DNA of 63,997 bases, the filler included, from Sphacelaria rigidula (taxonomy: Eukaryota): the NCBI GenBank assembly GCA_964200075.2. It is 3 parts of 3 records of this genome, joined end to end, with 100 filler letters (N's around TTAATTAATTAA, not from the genome) between each part and the next. Parts side by side here need not be neighbours in the genome. Positions count along the whole stretch, not along the records: positions 1 to 21,713 come from CAXNAA020000391.1; positions 21,814 to 43,526 come from CAXNAA020000392.1; 1 more part is not named here. One strand, 5' to 3'. The position numbers and the translations under genes were made by a program. A model generated the notes under the pieces. The model was not told the origin of the DNA and ran no database searches. It saw only the letters and a list, made by a program, of their open reading frames with translations. Positions 13,990-25,600 of this stretch are shown piece after piece (position 1 is the first letter of the stretch; the number at the start of each line of letters is the position of its first letter).

Positions 13990-14870
13990 CGGGTATCTCA
14001 GGGGAATGAGCCTGAAGGGATCAAAGAAGTGCTAGTCCAAACATATCGAGGACGAAGACGGCAAGCTGTTGAAGAACCCAACTGAAATTGCCAAGAATTG
14101 GGGCAGATGCCGCCACGAAGGGTGAAACTATTGATCCCAGCAGATGCAGATCCCGCAGGCTCCAGTCAAGACGTCGCTCGCCGTGGCGTTGAATATCGGA
14201 GACATAGAGGACGCCCTGAGTATGTTCGTGAATGGGAAGGCAACAGTACCCGATTGTCTACCTGCGGAACGGCTGAAACTAGGTATACGGGAGAACTGCA
14301 CCACCCCGCAGAGGTTTCATAAAATCATCGCCAAGGTGTGAAAGTTAAGGCAGCCCCCCAGCTATGAAAGGGCGTTGTTATCGAGGCCATACACTGGTGA
14401 AAGAACCGAACTGAGTGTGGCAACGATAGAAATACATCACTGGTAGCACATGCCGGCAAAGTCCTTCGCAAGGTTGCCAAAAACCGGCTCGGCGCACACC
14501 TGGAGCACAACAAACTCGTTTCGGGAGATAAGTGTGGGTTCCGCCTCCAACGCTCGACGTGCGTGGTGTTCGTGACGCGAAGACTGCAAGAGCTTGGTAG
14601 AGCCCGGAAAACTCCGCAGTACATGTGTTTCATTAATCCAGGGAGCGCTTGTGATTCGGTCAAATACATTCATTCTCTGGACAGGGCTTGCACGATTCGG
14701 GGTACCCGCCAAGATGATCGTAGCCATTCGCCGATTCCACGATGGGATGCAGGGTTGTGAACGAACGGAAAGCGGGAACTCATCGGACAATCTATTTCGA
14801 ACAGGAACTTCGACAAGTATTCGTGTCGGCCCTATTTGCTATTCAACACATTTTTCACCTTCTTCTACGG
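13990..14870 (+). mobile_element. Decayed RTE-clade LINE reverse transcriptase fragment
   Basis: Frameshifted peptides KNRTECGNDRNTSLVAHAGKVL, KCGFRLQRST..VFVTRRLQELGR..PQYMCFI and LARFGVPAKMIVAIRRFHDGM correspond to RT domains 1-3 of RTE-type LINEs. Confidence 0.85.
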
Positions 14871-15129
14871 CCCGCGGAGGGTATCGACTGTACCACGGGT
14901 GGTAAACACCGCAAGGCCTGTACGTGCAGGAGTACTTGGACAGTAGGAATCACCCAGCTGCGGCACGGGCGTGGTAGGGAGCAGTGTGACAATAGGTGTC
15001 CTTGATTCTCCGTACTAGCCAAAGTATGTGTCTTTGCTTGGGCCGCTGCCGTCAGTCGGCTCAACGCGACCTCAACGGCTCGGGGCCAAGGCCGGGAGCT
15101 GAGTGGCTAGAGAAAAAACAGGAATTTTC

Positions 15130-18100
15130 CCACCAACATGACGCGGTATTTTTGCTGCACACGGGGTGTTCTTAGATGACAACGAGCAATCTCGGATAAC
15201 CACGGGGAATTTCCTGATGACCAGGGGGCGTTCGTGGCCCATTTGCCCGCGTGTTCTCGGTGATTTCGGGGCATGATCAGCTCATGAGGGGCGTCTTCTG
15301 ATAAGAAGGGGGCATGCTTGGATGAAGAGCGGCGTTCTCGGAAATCAAGGAGCGTTCTCGGATAACAGGGGTCGCTTTCGGCTGACAAAAGAGAATCTTC
15401 AGAGATTAAGAGAGTTTTTCGGATGGCGAGGGAAGTATTTTCGGATAACAAGGACGTTCTCGGATCACTAGAGGTTATTCTCAACCAACTTGATAGTGCG
15501 TTTTCGGTGCACACGAGACATGATTGGCGAACAGGAAGCGTTCTCGACTAACGAAATGCATTCTCGGACAACAGGGGGTGCTTTCAGATGACATGGGAGC
15601 GTTCTCCAATGCCAAAGAAAGTTCTCGGATAAAAAGGGAGTATTCCTGGCAATCATGACGGCGTTGTCGGTGAGCACGGGACGTTCTCGGATAGCAAGAC
15701 TTCCGGACAAGAGGCATTCTGAGTTGACGCGTGGACATTCTCGAACAACAAGGAGCCCTTTCGGATGACACTAGGGTGTTTTCGGTCGATCTGACGGGGT
15801 GGTTTTGGTGAACACGGGGCGTTATCAGGTAACAAGGGATGTTCTCGGCTGGAAAAAAGGTATTCTCGGATAACAAAGGGTGTTTTCGGATGACGAGGAG
15901 CGTTCTTGTCTGCAACAAGCGTTGTCGGAGAAGGTGGTGGCGTTGTCGGCGAAATTGGCCCAGCGCTCCCACAGAACCCGGGGCATTGTCAGCTAACAAG
16001 GAGCCTTCTCGGCCAGTCTCGACCAACAAAATAGGTATCCTTGGGTAACAGAGGGGCGTTTTTTTTTAACAAGGAGCATTATCGGATGACAATAAGACAA
16101 TGCGTTTGCTGACGGGACATTCTCGCCGAGTACGAGGCATGATCAGCTAACAAGCGGCGTTCTCGAATGACGAGGAGACGCTCTCGATGAACGTAGGACG
16201 TTTGGGGTGCACATGGGGCATTATAAATCTAGTGGAGAAGAATGCGTTTTCGACGAACAATGAGGTAATCTCGGATACCAGGAGAGAATGCTCAGATGTC
16301 AAGGGTGCGTTCTCGGATGGTGAGCAGTGTTCTCTGATAACAAGGGAGCGTTCTCAGGCAACACAACGGACCTTCGCGGTGAGCACAGGGCGTGATCAGC
16401 TAACAAGGGGCGTTTTAGCCTAACAGGAGGTTTCCTCGGATAGCGAAAAATTCTCTCGAATTATGAGATAATTTTCTCGGTAAACACGAGGCGGCGTCAG
16501 CTGAGGAGGGTCATTCTCGGATGAGAAAGGGGGGTTCTCGAATAATAAGGAGCGTTCTCGGATGACAAGGAGGCGTTCTCGGATGACAAGGCGGCGCTCT
16601 CGGCGAATATGACGGGGTGTTCTCAGTGAAGAAGGGGCGCCCTGGTATGTCAAGGGGGTTCTAAGATAACACCACGTACAATCGTAAAACAAGGGGACGT
16701 ACTCGGATAACAAAGAGTGCTCACGAATGACAAGGGGTTGTTGTCGGTCAACGTGATAGAGTCTTATTGTCGCACACGAAGCGTGGTCAGTTAACCAGGA
16801 GTGCTCTCGGCTAAAAGAGAGGTATTTTCGGGGGAAAGGGGGGGGCGGTATGGATGAACACGAGGCGTTATCAGGAAACTGGGGGCTTTTTCGATATCAG
16901 GGAGGCGTTGACGAATGACAAGGAGGTGTTCTCGGCGATAATGACGGGGTGTCCTCGGTGAACAAGGGGTGTTCTCGAATGGCAAGGGGCTTTTCCGATG
17001 AAAAGGGGGCGTTCTTGGTCAACTGTACGGGACATTCTCGGCTAACAAGGGCGTACATTCGGATAACAAAGGGCATTCTGAAATGACGAGGGGCGATGTC
17101 GTATGAGAAGAGGCATTGCCAGATAAGCACGGGGTGCTCTTGGCGATCATGACGGGGCATTCTCGATCAACACGAGGCGTTCTCGGTGAAAATGGGGGCG
17201 TTTTTTCCTTTTTTTTCGGGTGAAAAGATGCGTTCTTTTAGCATGAAGGGTGCGATTTCCGAGAAAAACGGGGGGGTTCTCGGAGCGTAAGGAGGGGTCT
17301 TGGATGAAAAGGGTGTCTTCTTATAACAAGGGACAGCTCTGGAATAAGAAGGGGGCGTTCTTGGCGATCATGACGGGGGGTCCGTTCTCGATCAATACGA
17401 GGCATTCTCAGTCAACATCGGCCGTTCCGGATTACGGGGGGCCTCGTTGGATAACAAGTGGGAGATTTCCGAGAAGAAAGGGTCATTCTCGGATAGGAAG
17501 GAGGGTTCTTGGGTGATAAGGGGACGCTCTCGGATAACAAGGAAGCGTTGTTAGGTACAAAAAGGCTCACCACATGAAAAAGGCGTCTTCTACCGACTTG
17601 ACAAGATGTTATCGGAAAACGTGGGGTGATACCAACTCAGAAGAGAAGCTATAAGCTATCAAGTAGCTTTCCCGAATGATGAAGGGGCGTTCTCGGATGA
17701 CAAGGCCTTCCCCCCTGATGACAAGGGGGCCTCATTGGCCAACTTAGCGGGGCATTGTGGGTGAAAACGAACAGTTGTAGGTCACCACGGGCCGTTCGAG
17801 GAGCACACGCGAGGTTATCAGCTAACGTACAGCAGCCATCTGATAACAACGGGGCGTTCTCGGATGACAAGGCGGTGTTCCTGGATGACAAAGGTCGTGT
17901 TCGGATAACAAGGGGGCGTGCTCGACAAATGTCCGCTCCAGGATAACAAGAGAGCGTTCCCGGATATAATAAGGTGGCGTTTTTGGATAACAAAGGGGCG
18001 TCCTGGGATGACAGGGTGTTATCAGATGAAAAAGAAGGGGTTTCGGCAAACTTTACGGGACAAATTCGGTGAATACTGGGAGTTACCAGGATACGAGGGG

Positions 18101-18190
18101 CATTATCAGCTAACAAAGGGCGCTCTCGGATATCAAGGGGGCATTCTCGGCCAACATGACGAGACGTTCTGGATGAAGAGGGGTTTTCTG
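15130..18190. repeat. Degenerate ~21-bp satellite/minisatellite array, ~3 kb
   Basis: Consensus approximately GTTCTCGGATAACAAGGGGGC, repeated throughout with strong strand asymmetry. Confidence 0.9.
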
Positions 18191-18234
18191 AATGCACAAG
18201 GATCTCGATAAATAGGGGACACTATTACTATAGC

Positions 18235-19110
18235 TACGAGCTAGGCCAGGAGCAAATCCCGCATTCGCTCCCCCCAAATCCGTGCGACTTGAGCATACCG
18301 CCATGAACTGTGGACCAACCTGGTAACACACGGCACCACCGCTGGTCGTTTGCATAGTATTGACGATGATGTAATTGTACTGCATTGAGTACTGGGTACG
18401 TCGCTTGTCGTTGCGTGACAGCGTGTCTAGAGACATTTCATTCGCACAATGCGATGGAATTACGATAAACAACTGCGCCGCATAGGCACACGCACACCCA
18501 TTATGGACAGGCAAGAGCACACTGGTAGTGCTGCAAGATGGCATCAAGCTCGTCAAGAGCTCCGTCATGGAGAAGAACCTTCGAGCCGACTGTCGTGTAT
18601 CACCGCACGAGGGAGAAGTACTACTTGAAAGTTTGCTATCCTCCCCACAAAAGCAAGACCGTCAACAAAATATTGAGACCCCTTTGCAATCCGGGAGGTA
18701 CGAGAGATTATGCAGGATTAGATTGTGCACAAATTGTTTCTGTCGTGTCGGGATTCGAATTCGTGACCTGTGTATTTTGAGGCTGTTGTATCGATTTGAC
18801 CAGAGGGGCGCAGCCGTGTCACACGAAGAGTGCGCCCCGAAGCCCAATGTGAGGTATTTTCGGCCGAAAATTCACCAAGATATCCTTGACGCAAGTGTCT
18901 ACAACCCACAAAGTGTTGCAGGCGTTTTTCTCAATTTTGAAGGAAGTTACAGCATTTTTCCTGTTTTTGCTGAAACTTCAAGTCGCCCTAACTTCCTGTT
19001 TCATTTTTATTCCTCTGCAACACTCGGAGGGTTGCGCGGGTTGATGATAGAAATGCCGTGACAAAATTTCAGCGTCTAACTCTTCGAATCATCAATCGCA
19101 TCTCCACTTT
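18235..19110. repeat. Dispersed ~870-bp repeat, copy 1
   Basis: Reverse-complement similarity to 47550-48420, e.g. GCTCGTCAAGAGCTCCGTCATGGAGA versus GCTCGTTAACAGCTTCGTCATGGGAGA. Confidence 0.75.
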
Positions 19111-20510
19111 TCATTCAAGAATCACTGTCAGCTGGCCCAGCTCGTGGTGAGGAGCATTTTGGGAAATCAATGTGTGTTCTTCGATACCAAGGGGGCGTTC
19201 GCGGATAATAATGGGCCGTTCTAGAATACCAAGCAGTTGTTCTCGGGTAATATTAAGGTATTGTCGGGTAATATGGCCAAAATAAATACATTTGGATTCA
19301 ACATGAACAAGAAACGAGACGCGTCGGTTTGCAGCAGAAACCAATTACAAGCGGCATGAACAATCATCCAAGACGCCAGAGGAGTTTTCTTCTCGCGAAT
19401 TTATAATAGCAGCTGTACGCGGCTGCATGGGGGTCAATTTCGGGGAGGGGGAGGGCGACGACAAAACCCTTAAGCCATCTTGCGATCATTTCCGCAACAT
19501 CTGGGTCTCCCAGAGTTACCATCTATCCTCCTCGCGCGGTGTTTAGGGGGGATCTTCATGCATTTATTTCTCTGCGATCAAAGGGTTCATCTTCAAGCAG
19601 AAAGTATGCCAAAACGGCGTGATTTTCTTCGCTGTCCAGCTCCGGGAACGATCAAATCAATGATCATGCACTGTCTATTACTACCACAGACTATCTGTAG
19701 AAAAACCGACGATCACCTCCTTCACACTCTACAATGCGTTGAATCCCCTAATGAATGAATGAACTGGTAGTTCTCCTCACCCTCCTACCATATACCCCCG
19801 CCCCCTATCAAGCCAGGGAAGTCTTGGCATGACCACAATTGCTATAAGTCACAGCTACACACGATCTCACTTGAAAAATGAAGGTGCATCCCTTTTTGTG
19901 CATGCTGTCATATTTTCAACAGTTTGTACAGTGTACTAACATAGACCATTCAACACCCGCTCATGATACGCGATTCTCTTCCAGCTCTTGAAGACGAACA
20001 TAACCAATCGGGAAAGGTCTAATAGGTATACTCATTTCTCAACGCCAAATTGTCAGCCGCCCCGGTCGAGCCCGCGATCGTACGTATATCATAGCCACCG
20101 ATTTAAACACAGCTTTGGCTCCGGCTGGAAGCACGACGCCCTCCTCACCTCCGTCATTGGGGGTGGTCTGTTTCCGTCTAATCATCCTTGAAGGTTTGGC
20201 AGCAGCAGAGCGCTTGGAGGAGTCATCCAATACCACCAGTGAGTGTCAGTAATATCGACCGGATTACGGAACGATTGATATTCCCTCCCCACAGCAATAA
20301 ATATTATCCATCGCTCTCGCCCCCCGGCGCATATCCCGCCCGTAGTTGGCACCATTTTGTTAACGATTACTCGGGCTACCAGGTGATACATTGTCAAACG
20401 ATATTCGTCGAGATACTGAAGCCTCATCCCATGCACGCAGTTGTGTGGCGTAGCTTGCAAGCTCTGCCGAGGAGGCGCGCGCCCCTATCGCTGAAGGAAT
20501 CTCACGGACG

Positions 20511-20690
20511 TTATCGGTGAGGCTCCCAGTGCGAGATATCTATGCTGATGCAAGAATCTCGTGACTTTCCTGCTGCGTCCCGCAGTGTGTAAACTAGCCG
20601 CCCTATGTTTGAAGAAAAAGTGCCGACGAAGACGTCAGCGGCAACGAGCTGATGGAGATCCGCGAATAAGTACGCGAACGAGGCCAAGTT
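20511..20690 (-). CDS. Terminal exon of an alpha-1,6-fucosyltransferase-like (GT23/FUT8-like) gene
   Basis: Acceptor ccacag, then NLASFAYLFADLHQLVAADVFVGTFSSNIGRLVY...SIDISHWEPHR-stop. The D-x(6)-D-x-FVGTFSSN-x-GR motif matches the GDP-fucose-binding motif III of FUT8/NodZ-like enzymes. Upstream exons are presumably lost at the contig end. Confidence 0.7.
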   Translation of the reverse strand, partial: NLASFAYLFADLHQLVAADVFVGTFSSNIGRLVYTLRDAAGKSRDSCISIDISHWEPHR

Positions 20691-21477
20691 CTGTGGAGAC
20701 AAGGAGCCATACGACGATAGAAGGATATTATGTTCTTCAGATGGACGTCACTGAGACCGCAAGCGTGAGAGATGACTCCTGACTACCTTTCTTGTGCACA
20801 ACGTTGTTAAGCACCACGCGCGTCCAACTTGTGGATAAACAGTTTGTGAATACTCCATTTTTCTTTTACCCATTTCTAGTTCTTCTTGTCTAGCTCCATT
20901 ATCGACGACAGTTTGCTGGCGGAAAAACAAACAGAAGTGGTGATAGCAAACAGAGCGAGCGAAAGGCGCGTTGGATTTGCATATCCCGGCAAGCTGGAAT
21001 GTGCTATTTAGCTGAAAAATGGGCCTATAGCTGATGGACGTGCGTTCGCGAAAACTCGAAAGAAAAGTCGTCGCAAACCTCTCTTGCGCTAACCGTGCTA
21101 CCGTACTCTACCGACCACTACAGGAGGGCGATGGCGTTTGGACATCTAAGGGCGTAAAGTTGAGGAACACTACGCAGCGCGTAGAGCGGGTGTGATTTGC
21201 CCCAACTCTATGAAACCGTGCTGTACTATTGTGTACTATACTGCACAGGCTCGAAGCACGCCTCAGCAGATGTGACTGTTGTTCAGATTATTTTAGAACA
21301 ACAGCCAAGAACGGTGGAAGGGCTAGAGATGATCAAGTGGCACTGTGTTTATGAAATGAGCTGAGCAATAAACTTGCCCTGAGGTAATGACTTTTGTCTT
21401 GACGCAATCATCAAGTGTCAGGGAATACTAAAAGCTCGAATTCCTCTCCGAGGGCCATATGATGAGCACCTTTCCGG

Positions 21478-21713
21478 CATACATACATACATACATACGT
21501 ACATACATACATACATACGTACATACATACATACGTACATACATACATACATACGTACGTACATACATACATACATACATACATACATACATACATACAT
21601 ACATACATACATACAAACATACATACAAACAAACATACGTACGTTCACAGCAGCCGGAACAACAACTTACACCACAAGAGCAAGTACATACATACATACA
21701 TACATACATACAT
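21478..21713. repeat. (CATA)n microsatellite at contig end
   Basis: Direct reading; interrupted once near 21640-21685. Confidence 0.97.
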
Positions 21714-21812
21714 NNNNNNNNNNNNNNNNNNNNNNNNNNNNNNNNNNNNNNNNNNNNTTAATTAATTAANNNNNNNNNNNNNNNNNNNNNNNNNNNNNNN
21801 NNNNNNNNNNNN
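21714..21812. other. Artificial contig linker
   Basis: N-run, TTAATTAATTAA (stops in all six frames), N-run. Confidence 0.97.
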
Positions 21813-22697
21813 NGGGGGTGTGAGGCGAGCCGGGTAGGGAGCGGGGGGAAAGCGGGGGGGGGGAGGGGGGGGAGGGGGGGGGGGGGGGGGGGGGGGGAGG
21901 ATACGGCCACGTAGACGGGGGGAAATCCTACAACTGTGTGCCAACTATTCATCACTTCTCTTTTTCACAAATATGGGGATGGATATAGGAGACTGGAGCC
22001 GCCTAGCCATGTAAAGCAAGACGGTTGACGTATATTTCGATGACATGCGAAGCGAAACAGCGCTTGGCAGCAGCCACCCTTTCCTACAGGAATCGCGGTG
22101 ACAGCAACATATCTTGACATTATCTGCCCCTTCCCCCCGATCAAAGCCCCTTCACACTTCACTGTCGCATATTCTGGATATTTGATATGAGAACAATATT
22201 CGGTTCGCGTTGTGAGGTGGTGTCTCCACTTCTAGGCGGTTATATATGTGCTTGTACTATATCGACTCGAAGTGGGACCTTCACTGCAATCTTGCTGCAG
22301 CCGCGCAACACTGTGTGGCCCTATCGCAATGGTTGATTCAATTAATCAACTGTCGCGTGTTGACTGATCCGCTACGACTACCACCCGTGGTCATAAGATA
22401 GACGTACTTGTGTTGATTGAATAGAAACACTCCATGAAGGTTGACACCCCAAATCGCAGCACGAAATATCCAAATCATACTGTGTATACTACACGTTGGC
22501 GTGCCGACAGCCCAAGGGCATCAAAACAAGCATGCCAACTCAACAGAATAATCTTCAACCCTCCGGCAACGCCCGAAATATTCACATCGCTCATGTGCAC
22601 ATCACGCCAGAACGTACTGTCATGATGCAACAACAGGAAACGAACAGTAAAAGAGAACTATCCAGAGCACGAAACCACATCACATCCATGATATTTG

Positions 22698-25600
22698 CTA
22701 TCGGGGGGGCTTCAGGCCGACCTTCCTCTCCATTTCTTCTAGCTCTATAGCGCCTATCGGTGCGCGCCGTAAATGCCCCAATTTTGGAGGTGGGGTTTTC
22801 ACCCCCCCTAACCTGGATTTTCGTACTTGACCCAACCTATCCTCGAGTTTACCAACTTCTTTGATCGTTTCTTCCATGAGACGCTGTTCATCTTCATCCC
22901 CTACAAGAGTTGTTCTATATTGACTGTCGCGAACGCCACTTTTGCTCTTTGCGGCTTCTTTCGCTGCGCTTTTACTTTTGGCGCTTCTACTTTTGGCGCT
23001 TCTACTTTTGGCGCTTTCATCTGCTACGTCTCTACCACTCGCGCTTCGTTCATCTGAAGATGACGCAAAATGAGACGCATCAGCGTCAACAAACATGGGT
23101 TCTGTCTCGTTTTCCTCGTCTTGGAGGCGCTTTCGCAAAAAGTTGGCGTATGCCGGATGATGCGCTGCGGCAAACGCTGCCCGAGATCGCCTCACAAGAC
23201 CGATCAAAATGCTGGGGTTGACCTTTTTGTCGTCTCCCGCTCCCCCCGCTATTCCGGCGTCGACAGCGAATTGTAAACGGGCTAGCGGTCCCCATCCTGC
23301 CTTCAACAGCCATGGACCTGAAAACAACGCCCCAATAAGTTCGAGGGAAGAGTTGATTGATATCTTTGAAAGAATACCATGAAACGGGAAGTTGACCCAC
23401 AAAGTGTGTCCGCACAGATCTACAACAGACGTGAACAGCGTTTCAGCAGGAACATCGACATGAATATTCAACATAGCTAACACAAGAGCAACTAACAACG
23501 CTGCCCCTTGCCCTCCTGACCAATCCCTCCAGCTCATTCTCCGTGATACTCTATGCTCGGACGCTTGTCCCATGGACTCGTGCCCGCAGGGAGGACGACG
23601 CTTTTTAGCCATGCCAAACGGCCATCGCGCACGGAAAGCCTTCTCCGTAGCTACGACTAGGGTTTCTGCCGTCACATTCCACTGTTGCGGGGGAACATTG
23701 TTTTTAATAGTAAGAGTACTACAAAAGTAGTATACAGGATCGGAGAGACGCCAAGAGGAAAAAATCACGAAATGGGCCTTAACTTCTTGTGTGCGTTTTT
23801 TTTTTCATTTTTTGTCGCTGGCCGCTGATCGCGGGGACCTTGCGGTTCATCCGAGATATCTATCGTGTGCTGGAATCAACCCATGAACATTCGAGTTACG
23901 AACGTTCATATATCCTGCTCGTACTAACAATGTTCCCCCGTAATAAGGCTTCCATGCTGTTACAATTGAGCGCCTTGTGTTGGTAACGTTCCATCTTGCC
24001 ACACGTCAAGGTCCTGCTATGATTATCACTACTAGGACCGACGCCCCATTGGGTAGGGCGACTCGTGTACAGTCAATCCAGGGGATGCCAAAATGAGTTT
24101 TACTCGGAGCATCCCCGAGACTGCCTGGGTAGGGGAGATAAGCAACCTACCCTGGCGCGTACCCGGACACGGAACCATAGCGATGACGATCAATCCTGAG
24201 GGAGGGGGCTGATGTTGTGGCGAAGTGAAGCGCACCCGCCTCGGCGAACGAACGCGATATACGAAACTGAACGCGGCAAATGGATATGTACTCGGCATGG
24301 GTTTCCTTGTTCTCTGGGGAGCGAAAAAAACAATAAAACTAGTTCGTTGCATGATGAGAACAAAGTGGTTGACACCTCTGCCGAGCTTGTGATGGTCGCC
24401 CTTTCACCCATCCCAGAGTAATCCCGTTGTAGTCACTATTGTAGTCACTATTGCAGTCACACTAGTCACAACATAGGCGCACCCAAGATGAACAAAACGG
24501 GAACACTCGCTGAAAGAAAGTCCTGCAATATTCGTCAACCAGAGGTACAGCGGTACTCAGCCACCTGTCTCGATAAGGCTGTCAAGGCCGTCCTGATCAA
24601 GCCCCACGGCCCCTTTGATCCAAAGCGCTTTCGGTTTGATTGTTCTGTCCACGTCCAAGTACAGGATCCCCGGGGTGCGAGACACCATCTTGGTCACGTT
24701 CGCCGTTGGAAACAGCATCTCCAGTTTGTTGACCTGCCCCACAAGAACGAGAAACATAGCCGGGCAAAACACACAACTCACATGAGGGGAAACGAAGGGG
24801 AAATCCTTTAGACCGAATAACAGAACGGGTCACACCTAGCAGCACAGTGGCCACCAAACACACCGGTAAAGGTGGTCAAGTACATCAGAGCGTCGCAGGC
24901 AATATATCCGCGGTTCGGACGAATCAGAGATCATACGGGTTGACTCCCCATGAATGTTGAATGCGAGCCATGCACCAAAGAGTGGTCCGGTATGAATCAC
25001 GTATGGTGAAGTTGCATGATCAAGGTTATACCGCACGAATCGCGAACTGGGAATGTGTACACTTCAAGTAATGTTAGACGAATCAAGAGTGCAAAATATG
25101 TACGAATCACACTTCCTGGATGTATATTGGGTGGGAAACGTGTACACTTGATTTGTCTTGTATAAATGGAAGGTGGGGAACATGTATGTACGATTCATGC
25201 TGCATGAACAGAGATAGGGCAACATGTGCGCTTGATTCACCTCGTACGGATGGAAGGCGGAGAACATGTACGTATTATCCACCTCGTATGCATGGAAGGT
25301 GGGAAACATGAACCTGTGATTCGTGCTCACGAACGCAAAGTGGAAAACACGTGCACGACTCCCGTGATTCATGCTGTATGAATTATAGGAAGAAACAGCT
25401 AGAAGAATCACTCTTGGCGCGAAAATGCGTGTTGTGCCATGCTGTACTGTACTGTCCGCGGACTGCAGAGTACACTGCCGGAGTTTTCCCAAAAACGCCC
25501 GCGAGCATGCGAAGACAACTCGTGCTGGTGCTGTGTTGTTCGCAAGTGTTCGTGGTATTACATACAGTGTGTTCAGATCAACTGCACCCCAGAACACTAC

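Noticed and set aside
15107-18211. Many 60-180 aa ORFs in the satellite
   Set aside because: By-products of a 21-bp repeat unit.
21411-21761. MYVC/YIHT repeat ORFs
   Set aside because: Translations of the (CATA)n microsatellite.
21758-21769. TTAATTAATTAA palindrome within N-runs (also 43571-43582)
   Set aside because: Assembly linker. Adjacency of the three contigs is not biological evidence.
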